NCBI GenBank assembly: GCA_965649765.1
Contig: OZ287757.1
Location: 16,616,001-16,680,000 of the forward strand
DNA length: 64,000 nt
Direction of reading: 5' to 3'
Source: Bispira polyomma
Taxonomy: Eukaryota
In this document: piece after piece, positions 25,201 to 40,200 of the stretch
How positions within the stretch are numbered: the first letter of the stretch is position 1
How the letters are laid out: every line of letters begins with the position of its first letter
The notes under the pieces: model-generated
What the model was told of the DNA's origin: nothing
Seen by the model: only the letters and a program-made list of their open reading frames with translations
The model's database searches: none
Made by a program: the position numbers and the translations under genes

Positions 25201-28200
25201 TAAAATCACCCACTGATAAAATATGGCAGAGGAAATACACAGAAAACATGGTTCACTAATCACTACAAATATGCCTTATAAAACCCACTGTCCTACAAAA
25301 ACACAATTCACATTTCAATATTAATAATGTTCAAGAGTACTTTTCTAATGGGTAAAGTTCACATTTTTATATTGTTTTATATGTCATTTTAAATTTAAAT
25401 GTAAACATTAGAAAGATAGACAGCTTTACTATAATTGAAAACAGATGTAGTTCTGAATCACAAAGGAAAAAACAAAACAATTTTATTGAAGTAGTTTTGT
25501 TCAAGTACATTTCAATATTAAGCATCCAACCACATAGTGCATCATAGGTTCAGCTTCTCTACTTGTTCAATATGAGAAAAGTGCTGCATACATAATGCTG
25601 TTGTATCTATAGCAAGCCACTTTATAATTCTAGATTCTTTATATAAAAGTCCTACAGAGGCAAAGTGGGATCAGTTGATTTGTATACAGTGAAACCCCTT
25701 TAAGTTGAACATCAAGGGACCACAACAAATACTTCTACTTAAGCAGGGTTTTCACTTATCGGGATAGATTTTTTTTCATATAAAAGAGAAATCTACAACA
25801 AAGTTCTACTTAAGGGTTTTGACTGTATTTGTAAAACCAGTTTCTTCCACATTCAGTGTGATGCTCTCTGACTTTGTGTGCTGTGATTGATAGCTCCATG
25901 ACACAAGTAAACACTTTCCCTGTTTGTTTGACAGGCTCCCATTATGACACATTCTGTATTGCTCCCCAATCAGTTATAGAACCCTGGCTTGATAAACAGC
26001 TAGTTGACTAGTGGTCAGATAAATGGCACAAATAGCCAGTTCATCAGGCTTCAGATAACTGGACTAGACAGTAATGTTATTAGTGACCCTGGATTGGAGG
26101 TTGATTAGTTTGTTATTTAGACAAGAAAACATACCTTCAAAGATCTTTGGAAGAAGAGAAAAACATACCAAATTAAACTTATACAAGAATCAAATCTATT
26201 ACCTTTATATATGGCAATTTTTTCTGTCACAGATCTCAAACTGCCATAACATCCTAATCATAGGCAATACACCTAATAAAGAGGGTTATAGAGGCCCGGG
26301 TCTTACACAAAAAGAATGGCTTTGAGAATGCTCAGAGTATCAGGTAGAAATGGACTAATAACAATACCAACAACAGCAGTGATTTATGGGAAATTCTGAA
26401 TGTTCTAAAATCCCATCTGTATTATCATTCAGGAGACCCCACACCCTATTACCTAAATGCATAGTCACACCTCATATTGATGTTTGACCTTGGAATTATT
26501 ACATTAACCTTATCCCTTGGGTCAACATCTCTCAGTGGGCATTTCCATGCAGGCAAATAGCGACGGCAATCAGCCAACGTTCGATGACGTTGGGCAATTG
26601 AAAATTTTTATGTGTCCAGAGAATTATATAAGAAAACTTAATACCCATAGTTAAGCTTATAAATTTTACCCATTTCTCAACCGAGTTTGATGCAACAAAA
26701 AGCACAATAAACCCAATAAAATAAGCTTTCTCACCATATTTTCACAAAAATTTTACCTGCTCTAATTATTGAGTTATTAATAAAGAATCGGCAATGTTTA
26801 CACGGTGACCGCCCATCAGCGTTGCTCGCATAGAAACACTTACTTATAAATCAATGAAAGTGATAGAATTGTTGTCGGTCATGGGCTGGTCGCTTCAGAA
26901 AATTTCCTGCATGGAAACCCTCACTTACTTTGAGAATGTCTAAGTCATTTATATAGTGCTTGTGAAGTCATTAAAATAAAACAATGGATTTTATCTGTTG
27001 AATTCCTTAAACGGTGCTAAAACAGGGCATTTTATGGAATTTCCTGCAAAATCACTGGTACTTCACAGAATCGGTTAAAAAATATACCACTTTTAAGCTA
27101 AAACTTCACAAAAACATTCCCTTTTTTGAACAATCAAAGGTGGGTGGGTACCCAAGTTTGGCAGAATAAAAACAATAGCTTCCCAATACTAGGTTTTTGG
27201 TTGTATTATCACACTGTACACAGTTACACACAGGGTACTGAGATCTTGATATAGAATGCAACAAAATGTAGTAGGATTCCCAGAAGCTGTAACACAACAT
27301 TAATGTGTGTAAACAATGGCCAGGGAGGTGTATAATTGTTGTCTGGAAGCATACATAGACTGACTAGTGGGGCTGATGAGCCAGCCCCACTAAGTGCCTA
27401 ATGCATTGAAAATATCTACAGCAAAGCCAAACTACAACCACTATAGGCTCCTCACTTTTCATCTGTGTGCTTCCACTGTGAGCACCAGCTGTTCAAATAT
27501 TATATACACATGTTCTAGGCTTCAATCTTTATATTTATAGAATAACTACATGTAGAAATTTATAAGTGTAGAGAAGCTTCAATTACACCAAACCATCACC
27601 TTTCTCTAAGATATACATATTTAGGCTCAACCAGAATAGCCATTGATTAGTTACTAGGTGGGTTTGGCATCTGATTGCAAAAAAAAAAAAATGGGTATGA
27701 TAGTAACAAGGACAGTAGGCTATATACTAATACGTTTATGGGCTATGTACTACACAAGCACAGCAACACCTATATATTCTACTGCCTTGAGTTGATAATG
27801 CAGGCCATACTTCACCCCAACAGAACAAACTAATGTTTGGCATTCTTTTATCTTCTTATTACACAGCTTAAATACTCTGAGTAACAAGCAAGATGCCAGA
27901 AAAAAAAACGTGAGACCTTGTGATAGATGAAATCCGGGAGCACGGAGTATACACTGCACATTACAAGACCACTACTCCTCATCAATTTACAAACACCTTA
28001 TAACAAACACTCTGTCTTTCCATGCTTTAAATGTAATGGTTAGATCACCGGAAAATGAATATGAAAAACCTTTGTGCAAGACCTTAAGCCTACATTCTCA
28101 TGTACGTGATTGTCAACAACCAACGGCCAATATGTGACAGGGAATGTTTTATATCTTTATTATTTATCTTTATTTATTCTCATGAATGTGATTTCTAGCA

Positions 28201-31200
28201 TCTGACATCACGTCCGAGTCTTATTTTTTTCACTCCAGGAGTGAAAAAAAATTGCATTGGAACAGGAAAATCAAATGTGCTCGGTGTTTAGAAATATTGA
28301 TTATCTCAATGTCTCATCCTGGCTTCATTAAAAGGAGTACAGCATCCGATTTCATGATTGCAAATTGTCGCGAATTGTGTACATAAAAATGTAGGTAAAG
28401 CCTAACACATTAGTATAAGGTAACCATAGTGAACAATATATAGAGATGGTGAGGTAGACCGACTCAGCAGTTGTTTGCTTTTTATGGTTATTTAAAAGCT
28501 ATTACATAGCTGGTAGAGGAAAACCTAGCCTGTGGCAGCAATCATGTGCTAGACTGGCCATAAAATGTGGTCCTGAGGCGAAAATTTCATCTCTGCCAGC
28601 ACTACCTGTGGAATAAGCAGATAAACTCTGTTTTACGAGGTCACTGCTGATCCAGGGTAGCTTTTTTTACTCTGATCCTGGAATACTCTGGTCAACTGCT
28701 CGACATGTAGCCTGCCACACACTCCTAGAGCTTATCTGATCCAAACACCCCAGATGATTATGACACTCTGCTTGACAATATGTCTACCTTATATACATGG
28801 ACCATCAACACTTTAATCAACTGATAACAGGAGCTCTAAATCAACTCTACCACCCACTACGTTCAAATACAACCACTTTTTTCTGATAATCAAATATTCT
28901 AAAATTATGCAAGGTACTCTCTCAACTGGTATATTACCATTAATTACAAGTATTTCTCAAGGAATTTACAGGGTCCTCACCTTAGATAGGATACATTTTT
29001 TGCTGACTGTTACCACCATAAAAAAATATGAACAAGATAAAGTACTACATCCAGTAGCAAAATAGTTTTGTTTTCCTTAGTCTTTTCACTGTATGCAAAT
29101 TACTGGCATAGTTCTAATAAAAATGTGCTTGTTACTGACAGTAGCTTAAATCTGCCTACAAGTAAAAAACAGGACTAGAGAATTCAGAGACTATGTCTTT
29201 GATCTGGTTGAGATACTATGAGAGGAAAAAACAGGGGGCCATTTTGGGATTCCAAGAAATGAATGAGCTGCTGCAGAGATTGTTTTGTTTGTACTGTTTA
29301 CAATACATAACACAAGCAATAAGAAGGCTGGGTCTACTACTGCCACAGGCAAAACATGCTGAAACAAAGGCCCCTACTGAGAAAGCTTTAAATAAAACAA
29401 TTCCTGGGGATAACCAGGATACTACTGGACTGGGAAGGAATATATTTTACAAATCACAATGCAGTAAATGGTTAAAAAAATAGAGACGCTCATACCCCAC
29501 AGCTTGGGTGAATGGTCAGAGATCAGCAGATACAGAAGAGGTGAAAATGTACAACTGGTAATGTGTTGTGTGCAAGAGACAAAGTGTAGGTTATGTAAAG
29601 GTATAGATTTTTAAGTTTGTCTAGCCTCACAATAGAACATCCCTGCCAAGTTTGAACTTCTTCCACCTTACGGTTGACGAGATACAGCCAGGACAAGAAT
29701 TATCAAGTCCAAGGCCACAGGGGACAGGTCAAAGCGAGGTTAGACCATAACGTTGCAAAACTGTTCCCCTAAGGAACATCCCTGCCAAGTTTGAACTTCC
29801 TACACCTTACGGTTGCCGCGATCTGGCCCAGACAAGTTTAGCAGCAGCCGCCACCCGCCCGCCCGCCCGCCCACCCTCCTAGCCGGACGTCATGGATGAA
29901 AACTATAATAAAATTATAGCACTCTGCCAAAAAGGCTTATAAGTCAGCTTCACAATCAAATACAAATTTAAAAGTGTGTGTTATAATGGAGAAGTAAGTT
30001 ATTAGGTCAAGTTAATGTTTTACTTCTATAGCGAATTGATAGAGTTGATTGAGATGTGTTTGAGTTGGAGTTTTATATGCAGAAAACTAACACTAACCTT
30101 TTTATAAGATTTGATGAGTCTATGTCTTGTGATGGCCCTACACAGTGTTTTGTTTCTGAAATCTAAGCAAATCAATCTCAAACAAAGGTTTTACCAAAGT
30201 CTGATGTCCAAGTTCCTGTCAGTAAAGACTACAAATTGTGATGATTCACTATAGACTAGATAATTTTCAAACACTTGAGATTACAACCTTTGTCCTGAAC
30301 ATTTGCTGGTCCTACTTTGAAGTCAGTGCTATATTAAGTCTATTTGCACCCAGTTACAGGCTGCACTTTACACTGGATCTGTTTCTGAGACTAATTGAAC
30401 AACACTCTGCTAAAGTCTGCTCACTGTTTAGTCTGCACTAAACAAAGCGTGAAGTGTGTTGTATTAGGGGTGGCAAGCCACACAGGCATCAAAGGGTCCA
30501 GGTAGAGAACCATTAGATACTGCAAGCCTATGTAAGCTCTGTCAGAGGACATAGGAGGACCTGCCTATTATGGTGGTACCACACACATTACTGAATAGTG
30601 GCCACCAGTTACTGCAGGACTATGTAAGCTCTATCAGAGGACATAGGAGGACCTTCCCATTATGGTGGTACCACACACACACACACATTACTGAATAGTG
30701 GCCACCAGATACTGCAGGACTATGTAAGCTCTATCAGAGGACATGGATCTTAATAAATTGGTGGTACCACACATAACATACATTACTGAATAGTGGCCAA
30801 CAGATACTGCAGGACTATGTAAGCTCTATCAGAGGACATAGAAGGACCTGTCTATTATAATGGTACCACACACACACACACACATTATAGTGGATAGTGG
30901 CTGAATCTGTAAATTTTGTAATGATATTGGCAATATTTATTGATCAGGTTCCAGGACACCGATAACACATCAATGTCCTAAATTATATACAGTTGACTAT
31001 AGGACAGGGCTTATCCATTCATTTTAATGTATTTTTTTCAATGAAGCAGCTTTGTTTGTAAACACATAAGGTAAAAATTGAGCAGTTCCCATTTTCTGAT
31101 TTATTCTGGAAGACACTTTTGTTTTGAAAGAAACAAGTTCCAGTTCTGTTGTATGTTAGGATATTGGTGGATGTTTGAGTTTGTTATTGATCTTGTTAGA

Positions 31201-34200
31201 CACAAACAATTGACCCACTACACAGCAGAGTAGAGACTGCTCTTCACACAGGATCCCAAGGACTTTGTCATGTATGTCCTCACTCTTATCACCAGACACA
31301 CAAACAACACTTTAGGATGCTAGTCTAGAACACAATTCTCACATCTCTATAAAGTATTGCTCACTTATCATGTAGAGGACTTAGTATTTATTGTCTTGAC
31401 AAGCCATATTTCCTAGCCTTTTAAACAGCCATTGCTCTAGATTTTGTTTCATGCTTTACGTTAGGGGATTAAAATGCATTTTCTTTAATTTAACCACTAA
31501 TGGATAGCTCATTCATAGCATGAGGACAACTGAGGAAGCCTGTACATATTTAAATGTCATACTCTCAGTCTCTGTAGCATACAGGTAAAGGTAGATTGTT
31601 TTTTTATAATACATCTTCACTGGAATTCATTCACATTATGCTGACATTTACTCCACATCTAGTTCACTGCTTCAACTTTTCTTAATAGTGACAAACCAAA
31701 TGTCACACAGCCTTCTCAATCAGTAGGATAAACTTATTCTTGACATTTTACACAGAAAAGACGTCACATTCAACCATATTAATTTTGTTTTCAGTCATGA
31801 AATAATCGTGATTAGTTTGTTTTATTAGCTTAAAAAGATGACACTAGACACTAATTTCAAACCATGTAACTAAGTTATTAATACTAGTTTCCTGCAAGAA
31901 ATCCCCTTTATTATAAGCACAAGAACTCCCACTGACTTAACAATAAAGAAAGGGAACACCCCGTCAAGTAACAAAAAGGTCATCTCCAAGCTGGGTGTGG
32001 GAGGGCCATGGAAATTACATATTTGCTGCCTGGATAAGTACAACAGCAGACAAACTCATTATATTAAGTACACACTTGTGTCCTTCTGGAACTAGGAAAA
32101 AAGACAGTAACAGGCTCTCAGATACAACCACAAAATGGAGACATGTGACCTGTATTCTACCGCAGCAAACAGTTCCAAATACTGAATTAATGCTGTCACT
32201 TTGTCCCACAACAAACAGGGACAGTCTCCCTAGCCATAAATAGCCTCTTAGACAATTAAATCCATTTATATAGATGAAATGCTTCCTGGGTTAAATAAGA
32301 TATTTTCTCAAGTCTAGAACTATAAATAATCTCTTACTTTAGAGTTATTTTTACTTCTTCATAACTACATACTGATTATTAGGATTTAAATTTATAAATA
32401 TATGTATATGCAACAGGAACAACAGTCTGTATCTCTGTAGAAGCTGTTTTACTGTCCAACATTTATTGATGCTCGTTCTTACTCGGTATAAGTAGTATGT
32501 GTGTCAAGTGACATTGGACACTTCAGTATTAACTAGCAGTTTATTGGGGCTCCGTGTTTGGAAGTGTTATGAGTGACTTACATTCCACTTGAGGAGCAGG
32601 GAAGTCTTTGTTTTCTGGGAGAGTTTGGGGCTCTGTGGGGCTTCAGGTTCACAAGATTCGGTCTTAAAACTGACACAGTCTGTGAGCTCTCCTTTGACAC
32701 TGTCGTAAATGCAGCACACCCTGAAAACATAGCTTTATAGTTTCAGTTTAACGACTCCTTGAATGACTAAGAATTATATTGTAATGGCAGTTTTTATGAG
32801 GAAAGCAATACAGGGCACTCGGTCAAGATTTGCTGCTCTACAAACCACCGACCATCAGCAAGCCTACCGCAAACTTTCCCACATGCGTGTCACGGCCAAG
32901 GATCAAACCTTGGCTGCAGACGTAGGAAGCAAGTGTGTTACAACTACACGACTGAGACTGATACAAAACAATGTATTTTACATCATACAAAACTATACTA
33001 GAACAGGACAACTCTCCACAAAGGAGAACAATTATCATCCTAATTATGGTCATACTATGACGGTGCACATTTACACCCTCAACCAATAATTGTACCAAAT
33101 ATGATCTTCCTATGAACACTAGTTCCTGAAAATCATGAAAATAATTTTGGTTCCTTGGGACCAGAGTATCAGATGACCCTGTGGGATGCAAAGATGAACA
33201 GTATTGACACAAGTGTATTATCACAATGTTCCCATCAGCAGCTTGCTTTACCGAAATTCTACAATACAGTTATATGACTGTGTGTATGTCTAAATATTAC
33301 CAGAACTAATCAAATGACATGCTATATTACAGTGTGACTTATATGAGCTACACAACAAGCAAAGCTTTCAACCTAGCTTAAAAATGAAACCTAAGCATTG
33401 TCAGTACCTTAGGTGATAGTCTGTTGCTGGTCTCAGATCTTTTAATGTTATTCCTGTACAAGTACCTCTAAAATACAGAAAACATGGAACATATAATAAC
33501 ACAGATCACAAAATAAGAAACTTTGTGCATCTTACAAACTTGTATCATCTTTTAGAATGTTATCATAAAATTGTCAAGGCTATCTACTTTAAAATAAAAC
33601 TATAAAATCCTGCACTCTTTTGCAAAGTTCTACACTGTGTCTTTCTTATACACCCTGATTGAAAAGGAACAGGTGTAACTTACGTATATACACATTTATA
33701 TTTGGCGTCTTTTTTCTCGGACAATAGCAGTTCATATTGGAACACAGTTCTGGAGTCGATTAGCCTCTCGGCCTCAGCATCAGCAAATTCTGGTGCCGAC
33801 AGTGTAATCAAGGCACTTCGAGGCTCAACCTCAGACACCTAGGATATAAACAAATACAGTCACATTTAACACACAGCTGAACCCGTCATTCACAATTAGC
33901 TTGATCTAGATTCACTAATAGGCTTAGTCAACGAAAATATTAATTTGTGTTTATGTAAAAACATGAACGATAATAAAAATATCTTTCTCTGAATATCTTA
34001 TAAATTTTAAAGTAGCAGCATTTAATCAGCTAAAATGTTCACTTTACCAGTATTAAACTTAGGTTTTAAAGGCGGAGACTACATGCAGTTTACAAACTTT
34101 TACTTAAGTTGTCAAAATGTTCCACAGCCCATATACAGTTTCATAATATACAACGTTTTACGAGTCTTGTGCAGCAATACTACAATAAAATATGCTGTTA

Positions 34201-37200
34201 GTTAAGTTTTCAAAAACTAAAGTTTTTTATTTAGGTGACATTACAACAGAGATTGTGACATGGTAGGAACACAAAGAATAGAGTTTCTCACCAATGGCAA
34301 CATAATTTTGGATAGACTGTCTCTGATGAACCGCTTGTCTTCCTCTTCCATATCCTGGTCCTCAATACTAGACCCACTGCTATGCATCAACTCCTGCTGT
34401 AATTCTCCATTACCTGGAAATAACCAACTCAACAACATGTACACAGACACCACTGCTATGCATCAACTCCTGCTGTAACTCTCTATCACCTGGAAATAAC
34501 AAACTCAACAACATGTACAGACATTGGGTTTGGTTCAGGGTTTAACTTAGCTTTCAACATGTTTTATATCATATGACAATGGGTAGATTTAGCTTAGTTG
34601 GGTGACCTCTATAACACTAAGAACTCTAAAAGTGTACATCGAGACAGCTACTGTGTGAATTGTCTTTGCAGGCACAACTCCTCCCCAATACAGGAATTCT
34701 GTGTGCTACAATCAAACTGTGCAAGTCACCTCTGTCAGTATTTGTGGGTATAGGTAGTCAGCCCACCCATCCACAGCTCTTGGAGAGGACTTACTTCTGT
34801 CTGGCTTACTCCTGCCTTGGTCTCTACCCCGGGGTGAGGAGTGGTGTTCTACTTGTCTCTTCTTGGAATTTAACTTCTCTGTCAGACGCTTTCTTTGTTT
34901 CTGTGTACGCTCGTCCATCGCTGGACCGGCGTGGTTGTGGTGTGTGCCTGGTCCTGTCACAACACATACAACATAGCTTACCAATTACTCCTGGTCAACT
35001 GGGAATCTCTACCAGTCTGGTGTTACCACAAACAACTTTTCCTATCGCTTTTCCTGTTGAAATTTTTATTTTCTAGGAACATACAATTAAAGATAAAATA
35101 GATAAATGACCTGGGTCTTCTATAATACAGTTATTATCTTAACCCTATGGTTATCTTTCAACATGTGCCATGTAAGAATATTTGCTTACATTTTTTTTTA
35201 GCTACTACAGTAAAATAGCAATTTCCTGAAGTTGATGCTAAAAATGTTTGCCAGACTTAAAAAATTATATGACAATTTTGGTTTTCCAGGTTTTCCATGA
35301 CCTGTGGGAACCAGAACAGTAGAACCACTGTAAGTATTTAAAGGTCTTGAGACTTTATAAATAGAACACTTGTATTATTAAAAGTATTTGAAGACAACCC
35401 TCGATACTGGGATAAAGTAGTCACATAAAAGAGAGGGCTCTTTTAAGGGTGTACCTCCCTTAATATCTAATGGTTAACGGAAACTCTTATCCTCATCTTT
35501 AGGTTTATACTTAAAACTGTGATGCACCTTTCAGAGCTATAATTTTGAAAAAAAATTCCGAAAGCACAAACATCAAGCCATTAGTTTGTGCTTGTAAAAC
35601 ATTAATTTCAGTTACCCTACCTTCTCTAAAATGGAAGTAGCTGGTTTCTTCAAAGACTAACACATCCATGGTATATTTATTAAATTGAGGTAATACACAC
35701 TGTGCTTTTTACCAGCTTTTTCTCTCATATTAAAATCCAAACACATCAATTTGTTGTCTTTGTAGATTATCTGTTTACATAAAAACTATCCCTAGATACT
35801 ACACAGATGTAACGTGTTCACCATAAATTCTAGGATGCAATGTTAAGCTCCTGTAATAAATATTCCATACATATGCAAAGTTCTGCGCACTTAATCATTT
35901 AAAATAATAGAACTCTTTACTATATTAAAATATCAGAGCTATTTGCTATAAATAGAGAACTCCATTAAAATCTGTGTAGAGATCACACAATGACACGTCA
36001 GTGGCTAGCTTCTATAATAATACTACATGTACATCATATTGATTACAATTAGCATGAAAGTACAGGTTTTCAATGCTTATCAGGAAAGCTGCTACTGTGG
36101 GAAACCATTAATGATAAGTGTACAGATGACAGCAGTCCCTATTTACATACTCATGAATAGGATATCTTAACTGAGAAGTTAATGTCATTAATCAAACCAA
36201 AATTAATCAGTTTCACTTCACAACATCAACTTATTATTTTTTATATACCACACAGAAATAGACGTGTACACAGTACACTTCTTCAAGTCAAGCCAATACA
36301 ATTTGCAACAGCTGCTGCTTTTTGTGAGATTGAAAATATATAGTGATCAATATCAACGGTAGGAGTTTTTAATATCAATAGATCATCTGCAGATTGCAAT
36401 GTGTGCTAGTTTTTTGTCACAATTTTATGGACTACAGAAAGCTGTACACTGTTATCACTGAGTCAGTAGTAAACATCCAATCAAGTATACTGGTTACAAT
36501 TCCAAAAATCTGATATTCTGTAATCATGCCTACAGTTAAATTTTTGGGTGTATTTAAAATTCACATGTAAAAACTTCTTAAATTGTATTAAAATTCACAT
36601 GTAAAAACTTCTTAAATTGTAAACTCCTTTGCAGAAAATTCAAACTAATAACTCCACTATTGCTTGAAATTGAAATGCCTACTTGAACAATCTCAGGTTT
36701 CTTTCACAACCACAGTTTGCCAAAATCACTACTTATGCAGGATTTCCACTTTACAGGATAAATTCTCAAAGAAAATGGCTTCATAGGACAGATTTTGTCC
36801 ACATGAAATGAAAATCTAGTACAAGAACAGGGTAGAGTGGCCTGGCAGCCAGATTAGAAGAATCCCACTAGAAAGCAAGTTACTGCGCGTGTGCTTGTGA
36901 CAAGTGAACCCAAAACCACAGTCGCTAGTTAAGGCAGTGTCCCAATTTCATTTTCGATCACACAGGATGATGACTTTGTAAAATAATATTACCTTAAACA
37001 GTACTTTTACAAATGTCATTTTAGCATCATTCTAATTATACTGAAGTTGACTTGACAACATATTTTATTGCAGATTATTAGGCGAATGAAAAAAAATACA
37101 ACCGATCCTTTTCTAAGTCCACTTTTAATTTTTTTCTCTATTGTTTGGTTCTTGTCGAGATCAGCCATTCCCACCATGAATGTGCACTGTGTATGGACAC

Positions 37201-40200
37201 ATGATGCAATATTTGGGTCACGCAATTTCGCAGACCTCACTAGGTCATTGATAGATTATATACTCGCATTGTGTATGGACACTTGATGCAATGTTTTTGT
37301 CACATGTGCAATATTCTAAACACGAACATGCGCATTCCATCCCAGAAAAGGTGCAAGACGATGTATGCAGATATTTTATATATTTTAGAATGTGTATATC
37401 TCAGCCAATAATAAATGGATTTCTATTCAGTAAAATATTACAAAGTGTATTATTCATTACTCTTTCTAGACGTCCGGACAAATAAATCTTGAAATTGTAA
37501 CTTCATTTATTTTCTTCAGAAAAGACGGAAGTAGGCAGAGCTAAGACTTAATCAATAACAATTAAGAAGAACGAGACCCAACATTCGGTACTTCGTAATA
37601 ATAATAAAAAAATTCGAAAATTGACGATCTTCCTTACTCTATTGACACCAAAAAATCTCAGACATCTAGGGCCAAGGCTGTGTCTGTGCCAAATTTGAGA
37701 ACACAACTCCCAATCACTTCTGAGATTTGCCCGTCGACATGTTTTAGGACCAAAACTGGTTTAAACTGCCCATACTGAATTACTGATGGTATACCATGAG
37801 AACGACTTGCATAGATATATAAAAACAGGGAATTAGAAAAAGCCAGACCAATCCAGATGATCTCCTTGCCATGCAGAATGAGTTTGATTTTAGTGTTTAG
37901 TTGAACTCACCTTGTGTGGAATAGATGTGTTGAGGCGGGTGGTTGTTACAGGGTGTGTGGGGAGGTGGGGTGGGGATGTGTGTGCTGGAGTGAGGGGGTC
38001 CTGGATGTAATGGATGAGATGAGGGCCCAGGAGGGTGGGCGGGGTGGTGGTGATGAGAGAACTGTCCAGTAAAAGGGTTATATGGAGGGCCATTGGCTCC
38101 ATAGGGAGGGTGGAACATTGGTGCTTGTGGTGTGCCATTGGGTCCACCCTGAAACACACAGCAATCAAAGTCTTATATACACTCATATTGACACTAAAAT
38201 CGAAACAAATTTTTATTTCCTAGAATCTATAACTGAACAGCATGAATTCACATGTTATACCTGCAAATCATACAGAAATTCATCCTCTATGTTAATATCT
38301 GCTGTGGTATGTGTTTAGTAATAAATAGCCTCAGACAGATGCTTCCTGAAATCTAAAGACTGGACTGGGTAATAAATGAGGGTCTAAAGTCAAATTTATG
38401 TTAGACCATGACATTGTACACCTAGACATCCTAATATAAACTTCTACCAATGACTTGATACAAGATACTCAGATGATTGGAAGTCAAACTTCACAACATG
38501 CAAATCAAGGAAATACTATTGCATTTTTACACCTTTCTTTTGCAAGTGGTTCCAATAATATGAATACACTACTTTTATAAATGCATTGTTAGCCACTGTA
38601 CTTAAATATTTTTAATATTTCTAAAATATTGAAAACAAAAGTTCAGGAGAAAAACATTTTTGAAGTACACCATATTGGGTAAAAAAAGTCTGCACAGCAG
38701 TTTCCAAAGGAAGTAGCAGTTCAAAGGCCAAGATTTTTTCAAAACTTTTTCATGTACTTGCCATTGTACTTTTAAACATAAAAGATTAACATGTAAGTTA
38801 AAATACTTGAGGAAATAAAACTTTCATTTCTTTTATAGATCAAACATAACTCAGCCTGTGGTAGACATGATTCACAGAGAACAAAATCAATACAGTAAGA
38901 AGATGTAAAATGTACAAAGTACAGAGGAGGTATAAGAAATGAGGGTAAGAACATAGACTTCAACCATTTACAGTTAAACAATGCCACTGACTTGACAACA
39001 CAAGTGCAACAAACCAACTTCACATTCAAATACATTCTTTTCTTGGGCGTTGTCAAAAGTTTTGTAATCCTAGCATCCATTTCCTGTGTTAAAAATTCAA
39101 ATATATGCTGCATCCAGATGCAATACTTATTTACATGCAATAATGCAAGGCTGGATGTAGAAATAATTAACACTGTATTCAAATACATGTATATATAAAA
39201 ATGAGCGTCAAACTGGTGTCAAACATGACACATTAATAAATGAGCCAAAAATTAAAGGTAATAAAATCAGCCATTTTTGTACAAACAACATCAATGCTGA
39301 AACAAAACCCCACCATGTGTGTTTCCAGAAAAGGTAAACAGTTATACACAAAACTAAAGCATGTACTGGTCTTCTGCCAGTTGTTTCGCCAGTTGATTTT
39401 TTTTATTTGACAATATATATGACATTACTTTTGTATTCATAAAGCAACAGTTTGTGCATATTATAATATTTTACATTAATTAAATTCCATAAAATCGGTT
39501 TATTGACTGTTTTTTTTCTAGTGGCGAAATCTCGCTAGTTTGTGAGAAATTCACTGGCTGACCAGTGGAGAGTTTGTACTTTCCAGATAAGGCAACCTAA
39601 TTGTGATAAAAAGATCTGGTAAATAAATACAACCAATGAAGGCAACACATGCACACTGTCTTAACTGTTTTAACATTCACTTTAATATTAAGACATTCTA
39701 CAACCTTTCATGTGTATAAGGCAACTGCATTTAATAGTTTATTCATATTGCACACCTTGCTATCTAATTCTAGGATATTAAAGTCAGCAATAGAAACAAT
39801 ATGCACTTACTGGTAGTACAGCTTCTTTACCTCCTATATTCATTGTATTCAATATTTCACTAAACTCTCAACACCATAACAGAATTTAATACTCTTTACT
39901 TAATACTAGTCTGTCAATATGCAGCAATTATATAGTTAGTGCAATACAGATAACCATGTGTAGCCAGAAATATTATACATATACAAATATGTATTGATTA
40001 TACCATATAAAGCCCTTTTATACAGCCTGAATCTCATGCTTGAGATCAATGGTTTCAAGGGTTCAGTACGTCCTCAACCCATATTTAGATAGGCCAAATC
40101 TATTTAATTCTTGTTTTCAAAGCCTAAGTATTACCAAAGTGTTTCCTCTTCAAGGGCAAAAAAAAAACTTGTCCACTTTTTTTTTTATCTGATTCACAAA

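Noticed and set aside
34712-34794. Extension of exon 4 to a later donor (SKSSPRAVDG)
   Set aside because: Downstream GT sites at 34766 and ~34728 are in the wrong phase for exon 5; GTAAGT at 34794 is consensus and in phase.
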